From NCBI GenBank assembly GCA_038213805.1, contig JBBQSO010000012.1, positions 21,746 through 85,745 on the forward strand: a stretch of 64,000 nucleotides of DNA, in the 5' to 3' direction. Each line of letters begins with the position of its first letter. Position 1 is the stretch's first letter. The notes under the pieces were generated by a model that saw only the letters and a program-made list of their open reading frames with translations, did not search any database and was not told where the DNA came from. The translations under genes were made by a program, and so were the position numbers. Positions 52,555 through 64,000 of this stretch are shown here, in pieces. The DNA is from Planctomycetota bacterium. Its GTDB lineage: Bacteria; Planctomycetota; UBA11346.

Positions 52555-53480
52555 CCGACCTCGTCATTCACCACCCCGAACGGCACGTGCACCGACGGCA
52601 CCGTCGCCGCCGCGAGCGCGGCGTTGCCGCGCTTGTCGTCGAAGAAGATGTGCGGGCGGAAGATGCGCAGGATGCGCTCCTTGGGCAGGTCGCCGACGAA
52701 GAACGATTCGTCGACGCGGATGCCCCAGTCGCGCAGGGTGGTGACCACACGGCGGTCGGCGGGGGCGCTGCGCGCGGTCAGGATGGCGGTGCGGATCAAC
52801 GGCTGGTAGCCGGCCTCGTGGCCGTGGTCCGCCACCTCGCGCGCCTGCAGCCGCGCGATCCCGGCGAGCAGGCGCTGCAGCGGCCCCGGCGACAGCGCGC
52901 GGTGGGCGTTGGCGTGTTCGGCGGCGTGGAAGCGCGCGATGCCGTGCTCCTGGAAGATGCGCTCGCTCTCGTCGCCGGCGAGCACGCCGTCGAAGTCGAA
53001 GGCGATGCGCAGTTCGCGCGCGTCGTCGTCGCGCACGTTTGGGCCCGGCAGCACCATGCCGGCGGCGTAGCCGGCGCGCATCGCGGCGGTGACGTCGGCC
53101 TCGTTTGCGGACAGGAACAGGCAGGCGTCGAAGGCGTCGATGTAGGGGTAGGGCGGCTTGCCGCCGGTGAACACCGCGCGCACGATGCCCAGGCCGTGGT
53201 GGTCGAGCGAATTGCGCACGCGCATCCCGGTGTCGGGGTCGTTGCGCGAGATCAGCACCACCTCCACCGGCGGGTGCGCGGGATCGATGGCGTTGACCGC
53301 AAGCAGCCGGCGGATGAAGGGGAAGGCCACGCCCGGCGGCAGCGGGTCGCGCTCGTGCTGGCGCTGGTGCTCGCGGTAGCGTTCGGTGCCCTCGCCACGG
53401 AACACGGCATCGCTCTCGCTCAGATCGAACAGCGCGCTGGACGCGATGGCGACGGTCAGGGACGGGGATCCATCGGTCAT
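52551..53480 (-). CDS. 5'-nucleotidase (cN-I-like HAD family)
   Basis: VAIASSALFDL, SRNDPDTG, LRIAFDFDGVL, TARSAPA, PHIFFDD, HVPFG. Confidence 0.92.
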   Translation of the reverse strand: MTDGSPSLTVAIASSALFDLSESDAVFRGEGTERYREHQRQHERDPLPPGVAFPFIRRLLAVNAIDPAHPPVEVVLISRNDPDTGMRVRNSLDHHGLGIVRAVFTGGKPPYPYIDAFDACLFLSANEADVTAAMRAGYAAGMVLPGPNVRDDDARELRIAFDFDGVLAGDESERIFQEHGIARFHAAEHANAHRALSPGPLQRLLAGIARLQAREVADHGHEAGYQPLIRTAILTARSAPADRRVVTTLRDWGIRVDESFFVGDLPKERILRIFRPHIFFDDKRGNAALAAATVPSVHVPFGVVNDEVG

Positions 53481-53662
53481 AACACCATTCTCGTCAAGGA
53501 GGTGGGGGCGCAATCCCTGGCCACGCCGGTCCCACCCCGGGGCCGCCCACCACGTCGCCGCCCAGCCCGTCGGACAGAGGCTTCGAGCGCGACCTCTCGC
53601 GACGCGAAACTGCCCACCCTCTCCGAGGTTCCCCTACCGCTGCCGCCGACGGCCCTAGAGTC

Positions 53663-54493
53663 ATGCCCATGACGCCCACCGAGTTCCTGCGCGCCCTCCA
53701 CGACGAGGTCGCCACCCATGCCGGGGTCGGCCATTCGCTGCTCGGCCGCATGGAGACCGATCCCAAGAAGCGCGACGATTTCCGCATCTTCAGCGGGCAG
53801 CACTACCCGCTGGTCGGGACCTTCACGCGCTACCTCGAACTGCTGCTGCTCAGTGCGCCGTCCTCGGACGCCAAGGTGTGGCTGGCCAAGGTGCTGGTCG
53901 ACGAATACGGCGAGCGCTCCGCGGGCCAGGACCACGCCGCGCACTACCGCATCTTCATGCGCGCCTGCGGCTGGCGCGACGACCAGCTCGATGGCATCAG
54001 CCTGCATCCGGCGGTCACCGGCTTCATCGCCGACCACCTGCGCATCTGCATCGAGGAGCCCTTCCTGGTCGGCCTCGGCGCCGTCGGCCCCGGTCACGAG
54101 TGGGCGATCCCGACGATGTTCCAAGACCTGCTGCGCGGGCTGCGCGCGGCCGGCTTCGCCGAATCCGAGATCGAGTACTTCACCCTCCACACCGAGCAGG
54201 ACATCGACCACGCCGCCTGGCTGGAGGAGGCGCTGGCGCGCTTCGCCACCACGCCCGAGGCCCAGGAACAGGTGCGCCGCGGCTGCCTGCTCTCGCTCGC
54301 CGCGCGCGAACGCCTGTGGTGGGGCATCGCCGACAAGATCAACGCCGGCCGCATGCGCGCGCGCCTGCCCTGGGCAGTCAGCTCGACCGCCGGCAGCGAG
54401 CAGACCGAGCTGACCCTGCGCGAGTTCCGCACCGGCATCCGCTTCCGCTGCGATATTCCGGCCACGGTGCGCACCGCCGCGGTCGGAACCTGA
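53663..54493 (+). CDS. Heme-oxygenase-like diiron redox enzyme (TenA/PqqC/CADD superfamily)
   Basis: DEYG...H, HEWAIP and YFTLHTEQDIDH supply the E/H/E/H/D/H diiron ligand set. Confidence 0.85.
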   Translation: MPMTPTEFLRALHDEVATHAGVGHSLLGRMETDPKKRDDFRIFSGQHYPLVGTFTRYLELLLLSAPSSDAKVWLAKVLVDEYGERSAGQDHAAHYRIFMRACGWRDDQLDGISLHPAVTGFIADHLRICIEEPFLVGLGAVGPGHEWAIPTMFQDLLRGLRAAGFAESEIEYFTLHTEQDIDHAAWLEEALARFATTPEAQEQVRRGCLLSLAARERLWWGIADKINAGRMRARLPWAVSSTAGSEQTELTLREFRTGIRFRCDIPATVRTAAVGT

Positions 54494-54526
54494 CCTCCCG
54501 CAAACGGGAGCGGGCAGGAGACTGCC

Positions 54527-54738
54527 GACAGCCGATAAAACAGGAGCCGCGGAGACGCAGAGGTGGGAGGAGGACGGCTTAGGGCCAATTTCCTGCTTTT
54601 GCGAATCTGATCTGACCCGGGAGCGCTCGAGGAAGCTCATGCACGTGGCACGTTGCCGAGCGCGCACGGCTTGAAGAAACAGATCACATCCAATTCCGTC
54701 TCGCCTCATCCGATCTCCGCGTCTCCGCGCCTCCTGTT
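54527..54738. repeat. REPIN-like inverted-repeat element, copy C
   Basis: Left arm GACAGCCGATAAAACAGGAGCCGCGGAGACGCAGAGGTGGGAGGAGG; right arm CCTCATCCGATCTCCGCGTCTCCGCGCCTCCTGTT. Confidence 0.85.
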
Positions 54739-54766
54739 CAGTCGTCGGTTGGCCGTTGCCCCGCCC

Positions 54767-59677
<4,911 letters not shown>

Positions 59678-59749
59678 GCCGATGACCTCCGTGCCAGAAC
59701 GGGGCCGCACGCGCGACCGCAGGGCAGTCTACGGCAGGAAACGGGCCTT

Positions 59750-59763
59750 GGAAAGCGCTTCAA
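59750..59763. promoter_or_regulatory. LacI/cre-like operator upstream of the hybrid kinase
   Basis: GGAAAGCGCTTCAA (minus strand TTGAAGCGCTTTCC) shares the 11-bp core GAAGCGCTTTC with the site at 36008. Confidence 0.45.
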
Positions 59764-59800
59764 CCCGAGTGGGTCCAGGCTTCTGGAACATGGACCCGGC

Positions 59801-60760
59801 TCAGACTTCGCCGCTCTCCGCCAAGGCCTTCACCTGGCCCAGGTAACTGCCGTAGAGCTCGATCACGGTGTAGGCCGCCGCCCCCATGGCGAGGGCGTAG
59901 ATGGTGCCCGAGAGCACCCGTGCGGTCCATTCCACGCGCGTGCGGAAGGATTCCTGCTGGAAGGTCGCGCAGCGCCCCAGCGCCTCCTCCAGCTTGCCGG
60001 CGATCTCGGCGGTGCCGACCATCTGCACCACCAGGGTGGGCAGACCGGCTGCCTCCAACGCCGCGGTCAGATTGGCCAGGCGCCCGTCGTTGACGGCGCC
60101 CGCGGCCGCCTGTAACCGGTCGGTGTAGATGCGGTTGCCGCAGGCAGGTGCGGCGAGTTCGAGACTCGCTGGGATGAGCATGCCCGCAGCCAGGCCGGCG
60201 CGTACCACCAAGCAGGTGTTGGCCGCCACCAGGGGGCCTACCAGCCCGATCAGGCCCGGGGACAGCATCACCCGTGCGCGCACCTGCGGACCCACGAGAT
60301 GGAAGACACACCAGGCCAGCGCCAGCACCGCCCACAGCACCGCCGGTCCGGCGAGCAGGGAGCTGGGCGAGGCGCCTGAGAAGGCGATGCCGGGAATGGC
60401 CGCTGCGACCAGGGCGACATGGACCAGGAAGGCCGGATAGACCAGACGGCCGATCACCAGCCGGCGCATGGCCAGGGCGTGCTCGTAATAACCGGCCAGC
60501 TCGCGGCAGAGTTCGGGCAACCGTCCGCTCGCCTCGCCCGCGCGCACCAGCGCGACCGCCAGCGCCGGCTCGCCGTCTGCCGCAAGCAGCTCTGCCAGCG
60601 GCCGCCCGGACGAGCACCCCGCTGCCCACGCGGGTGCGAGCGCGCGGTGCCGGCCATGGCTGGTGTTGCCCGCCAGACCCAGGGCCTGCGGCAAAGCCAT
60701 GCCCATCGCCACCAGCGAGCGCAGCTGGTCGTAGAAGATCGCGGCAGAGGACCAGGTCAT
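59801..60760 (-). CDS. Type II secretion system F / PilC family protein
   Basis: Two T2SSF repeats: AGEASGRL...LVYP and TAEIAGKLEEAL. Confidence 0.88.
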   Translation of the reverse strand: MTWSSAAIFYDQLRSLVAMGMALPQALGLAGNTSHGRHRALAPAWAAGCSSGRPLAELLAADGEPALAVALVRAGEASGRLPELCRELAGYYEHALAMRRLVIGRLVYPAFLVHVALVAAAIPGIAFSGASPSSLLAGPAVLWAVLALAWCVFHLVGPQVRARVMLSPGLIGLVGPLVAANTCLVVRAGLAAGMLIPASLELAAPACGNRIYTDRLQAAAGAVNDGRLANLTAALEAAGLPTLVVQMVGTAEIAGKLEEALGRCATFQQESFRTRVEWTARVLSGTIYALAMGAAAYTVIELYGSYLGQVKALAESGEV

Positions 60761-60799
60761 GGCACCTCACCAGCATGGGAGGAAGAGGGGGGAGGGGAA

Positions 60800-60917
60800 G
60801 GTGCGGGGTGCGGGGTGCGGGGTGCGGAGTGACCGCGCGCATGGGGGCTGTGGTCCGGCGGAGTGCGCAGGTGCCTCGCGCACATTGCGCCGCGGTCACT
60901 CCGCACTCCGCACCGTT
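60800..60917. repeat. Inverted heptamer repeats (GGTGCGG)x4 ... (CACTCCG)x2
   Basis: GGTGCGGGGTGCGGGGTGCGGGGTGCGGAGTG and CACTCCGCACTCCGCACC, read directly. Confidence 0.75.
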
Positions 60918-60965
60918 CACCCATCAGTATCGGTCATCGCGGCGAGCCCGCGTGCCCGCAGTGGC

Positions 60966-61823
60966 TCACGCCTTCTTGCCGCGTCCGAACATCTTCGCGA
61001 CCACGCCGCCGATGACGATGGCCACGAAGATCAATGGTTTGATGAGCTTGATCGCGCCGAGCCATAGCAGCTTCAGGAAGCCGGCCTTGGCGAGCACGCC
61101 GCCGGCGATCAGACCGGCGAGGCCGTAGGCGGCGATCTTGTCACCGCTGCCTTCGCTGAAGTCTGCGTAGCGGTTGCCGGTGGTGAACTCGGTCCTGCCC
61201 ATGATTTCTTTGCCGCACGCAGCGATCTCGGCGAGCTGCGGCAGGGCGCCGATCGCGCCGATCTCAAGCACGCCGCGCCGGCCGAGCACGCGGATGTCGT
61301 AGTTGAGAACCGGCACTGCGCTGCCTTCGACCTGCAGCGACTTGGCCCAGAAGAACTTCTTGGTCGCGCTGTCGTAGGTGGGCGGCTCGGCCCAGCCGTT
61401 CAGCTCCATGGTGGGGTAGCCCTGCTTCTTGCGCGCGGGATTGGACTCGTGGGTGCCCTCCTGCATCTGCTTGAGCAGGCCGGCGTAGTCCTGGGATTTG
61501 GCGTCATCATCTTTGACGTAGCCGGTCTCCTCAAAGGAGATGACGGCGGCGAAATCGCCATCGATGTCGCGCCCCGGCGGCAGGACTAAGCCGAGCGTGG
61601 ATTCGTCGGGCGGATTGTTCCACTCCTTCTCAACCACGTGGCGCGCTTCCGCGGTCTGCAGGTAGCGGTAGCCCTCGGGCAGGTCGATGGTCGCCAGGTT
61701 GCTGCCCACCGTGACCTTGCCGGTCTGGTAGTGGTACGGGTAAGCAGGTTTGGCGGGAGTTTCCGCAGCGGACATCACGCCCGGTACGAGCAGGAGGGCC
61801 AGGAACCAGGAGCGGAGGGGCAT
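60966..61823 (-). CDS. DUF2167 family membrane-anchored protein
   Basis: WNNPP, GYVKDDDA, GWAEPPTYD, NYDIRVLGRRGVL, GNRYADF, DKIAAYGL. Confidence 0.9.
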   Translation of the reverse strand: MPLRSWFLALLLVPGVMSAAETPAKPAYPYHYQTGKVTVGSNLATIDLPEGYRYLQTAEARHVVEKEWNNPPDESTLGLVLPPGRDIDGDFAAVISFEETGYVKDDDAKSQDYAGLLKQMQEGTHESNPARKKQGYPTMELNGWAEPPTYDSATKKFFWAKSLQVEGSAVPVLNYDIRVLGRRGVLEIGAIGALPQLAEIAACGKEIMGRTEFTTGNRYADFSEGSGDKIAAYGLAGLIAGGVLAKAGFLKLLWLGAIKLIKPLIFVAIVIGGVVAKMFGRGKKA

Positions 61824-62057
61824 GCAGTTGCCTTGCGTTGGTGGGCGGCGGGAAGATGAGGTGGGTGATGGTAGCCGCGCCGTCGGGGATTCAATGCCTC
61901 CTCGTGCATCGTGCCGACGGCAGACACCTGACCCAATGCCTGATGGAGCATGCCGGCCCCAACGTGTCAACGTTGGGGCTCAAAGGCTGTGGGGCCGAGA
62001 AGCGAGCTCTGAAATTCGCAACCCGTGGGGGCGGAGCCCGTCCCTCGCCGCTGGCGC

Positions 62058-62867
62058 TCAGGCTCCCGGGTCCGGGGCCGCGCTTCCCGATGCTCCGGCG
62101 TCGTCCGTCGCGCGTGCGGCATCCTGGGCAGGGCTGTCCACGCCGCGGTCGCCAAACGTGAAGTAGTGGAATTGCGCGAGCATGCCCCACAGCATCTGCA
62201 CATCGTGGTCTGAAAGGTCCAGGCGATTGACCAGGCGGCGCAGCTGCGGTGCGAAGCGGCCGCGCTCGGTGCGGCGGAAATATTGAAAGCGCTCAAGCGC
62301 GTCGAGCCAGTAGCGGTAGAGGTGTTCGACCTGGCCGCGCTCCGCCACCTGTGCCGGGTCCGGGCTCGCAGCGGGCTCGGCGGTGGCAAGGTGGTAAAGG
62401 GTGATGGCGACCGCATGGCTGAGATTGTAGCTGGTGTTCGGCCCGCAGGTGTCGAGGTGGATCCACGCTTGGCAGTGGATCAGCTCGGCGTCGCTCAGGC
62501 CGTCGGCCTCGTTGCCGAAGACCAGCGCCAGGCGGCGTGGGGCGCGCCGTGCGACCGCGGCCGGCACCTGGTGCAGGGCCAGGGCCTCACCGTAGTCCAG
62601 GGCGCGGCCGCGCGCGCTGGTGCCGATCGCCATGCCGCAGTCGGCGACCGCCGCGCCGAGATCGCCGAAAACCGGTGCGGCCAGAACCAGCGCGCGCGAA
62701 TGCGTTGCGAACTTGCGGGTGTCCTCGCAGTTGATCTCGCACTGCGGCGCGACCAGGCGCAGGTCGGAGATGCCGAGGTTGCCGCATAGGCGCGCGACCA
62801 TGCCGAGGTTCACGGGACCCTGGGTGCGCACCAGGATGACGCAGGCATTGGCGAGGATTCCGGACAT
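62058..62867 (-). CDS. SPOUT RNA methyltransferase, TrmJ/LasT-like
   Basis: NLGMVAR, LRLVAP, GTSAR, LVFGNEADGL, SYNLSHAV. Confidence 0.9.
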   Translation of the reverse strand: MSGILANACVILVRTQGPVNLGMVARLCGNLGISDLRLVAPQCEINCEDTRKFATHSRALVLAAPVFGDLGAAVADCGMAIGTSARGRALDYGEALALHQVPAAVARRAPRRLALVFGNEADGLSDAELIHCQAWIHLDTCGPNTSYNLSHAVAITLYHLATAEPAASPDPAQVAERGQVEHLYRYWLDALERFQYFRRTERGRFAPQLRRLVNRLDLSDHDVQMLWGMLAQFHYFTFGDRGVDSPAQDAARATDDAGASGSAAPDPGA

Positions 62868-62989
62868 GGGGCGGCAGCGTTCGCGCCCGGGCGCGCGTGC
62901 AATCCCTAACCGCCCGAGCGCGCCTCGCGCACCCGCAGCCATGGGTTGCAGGCGGCCATCGCAGCGCCACTGTGCCCCCTGGTGGCGCC

Positions 62990-63298
62990 ATGAACGACGA
63001 CAAGATCATCCGCTTTCCCGGTTCCGGTCCGAGCCCGGCCAAGCCCGGCAAGCCGGCCAAGGGCGACCCTGCGGGCAAGGGCAAGCGCGGCGCTGACGGC
63101 ATGACTGAGGACCAGCGCAAGGCCGTGCAGATCGTGCTCAGCGGCATGCCCTTCGTGCTGATCGGCATCCAGCCGACCGCTAGTGGCGCCGACTTCTTCA
63201 CCGCCCTGGGCGGCGAGGCGGGCGACCTGCGCAACGCCCAGGACCACCTCGCCGGCGTCATCGAACGCGCCTTCGCCAAGCGCGGTCTCACCTCCTGA
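62990..63298 (+). CDS. Small hypothetical protein
   Basis: MNDDKIIRFPG start, GC3-rich codons, compact alpha/beta C-terminal half; directly upstream of ppk2. Confidence 0.7.
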   Translation: MNDDKIIRFPGSGPSPAKPGKPAKGDPAGKGKRGADGMTEDQRKAVQIVLSGMPFVLIGIQPTASGADFFTALGGEAGDLRNAQDHLAGVIERAFAKRGLTS

Positions 63299-63334
63299 CC
63301 GGACCCGCCGCCCGCACCGCCCCCCGGACCCGCC

Positions 63335-64000
63335 ATGCCCCGCGATCCGCTCTCCGCGAAGCTCATCCGCAAACGCTGCCTGGTGCCGCCGGGTGGCAAA
63401 GGCTTCCGCCTCGCCGGCATCGACGCGGATGAGCGCGGGCCGTTCACCGCGAAGCTCGACGCCCAGGCCGGCTTCGAGGCCGACGTCGCGCGCATCGACC
63501 AGCTCCAGGAGGTGCTCTACGCGGAAGGCAAGCGCGCGCTGCTCGTGGTCCTGCAGGCGATGGACACCGGCGGCAAGGATGGGGTGGTGCGCAGCGTCTT
63601 CGGGCCGCTCAGCCCGCTCGGCGTGCAGGTCGTCAACTTCAAGAAGCCGACCCCGGCGGAGATGGCCCACGACTACCTGTGGCGTGTCCACCAGCAGGTG
63701 CCGCCGAAGGGCTACCTGGGTGTCTTCAACCGCTCGCACTACGAGGAGGTGCTGGTGGTGCGCGTGCACGAATGGGTGACGCGCCAGGAGATCGAATCGC
63801 GCTACGACCAGATCAACGCCTTCGAGCGCTACCTTGATGAGAACGGCGTGGCGATCGTGAAGATCTTCCTGCACATCTCCAAGGCCGAGCAGCGCGCGCG
63901 CCTCGAAGCGCGCCTGCAGGACCCCACCAAGCAGTGGAAGTTCGAAGCCGGCGACCTCAGCGAGCGCAACCGCTGGGACGACTACATGGAGGCCTACGAG
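63335..64000 (+). CDS. ppk2: Polyphosphate kinase 2 family protein (partial, runs off window)
   Basis: Not in the ORF track; hand translation gives LQEVLYA, LQAMDTGGKDG, HDYLWR, FNRSHYEEVL, KIFLHISK, KQWKF. Confidence 0.93.
   Translation, partial: MPRDPLSAKLIRKRCLVPPGGKGFRLAGIDADERGPFTAKLDAQAGFEADVARIDQLQEVLYAEGKRALLVVLQAMDTGGKDGVVRSVFGPLSPLGVQVVNFKKPTPAEMAHDYLWRVHQQVPPKGYLGVFNRSHYEEVLVVRVHEWVTRQEIESRYDQINAFERYLDENGVAIVKIFLHISKAEQRARLEARLQDPTKQWKFEAGDLSERNRWDDYMEAYE

Noticed and set aside
53663..54493. Calling the diiron enzyme CADD or PqqC
   Set aside because: CADD substrate residues appear absent and there is no pqq operon context.
62284..62297. TGAAAGCGCTCAAG LacI-like site
   Set aside because: Inside the trmJ-like CDS, imperfect and far from any promoter; probably chance.

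Overview
Very GC-rich (roughly 70% by eye) Gram-negative bacterial chromosomal region. Gene content suggests the PVC superphylum, probably Planctomycetota: DUF1080 protein, Tat-exported Gfo/Idh/MocA pair, PVC-type CxxCH heme protein and lpxC-fabZ fusion. I read about 47 real CDSs; most long ORFs in the six-frame track are GC-driven shadows. In order: a Cys-rich permease operon; a glycoside oxidation/elimination-type locus with ApbE; AraC + araBDA; a FloA-NfeD fusion; esterase; beta-helix protein; oxyR and a glycolipid synthase operon; two large secreted proteins; an orphan phage-type family B DNA polymerase followed by a SET-domain gene; two divergent multidomain sugar-dehydrogenase-like proteins with LacI-type operators; assorted small enzymes; bamA-skp-lpxD-lpxC/fabZ; 5'-nucleotidase; a heme-oxygenase-like diiron enzyme; a CHASE-LOV-GAF-PAS-PAS hybrid kinase whose LOV lacks the conserved Gln; gspF/pilC-like; DUF2167; trmJ-like; partial ppk2. 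Intergenic DNA carries many short tandem/inverted repeats, including three copies of a REPIN-like element. No rRNA, tRNA, CRISPR array, integrase or transposase was seen. Best leads: the context-free PolB (+SET), the Gln-less LOV kinase, the FloA-NfeD fusion and the repeat families. All assignments come from motif recognition by eye; no searches were run.
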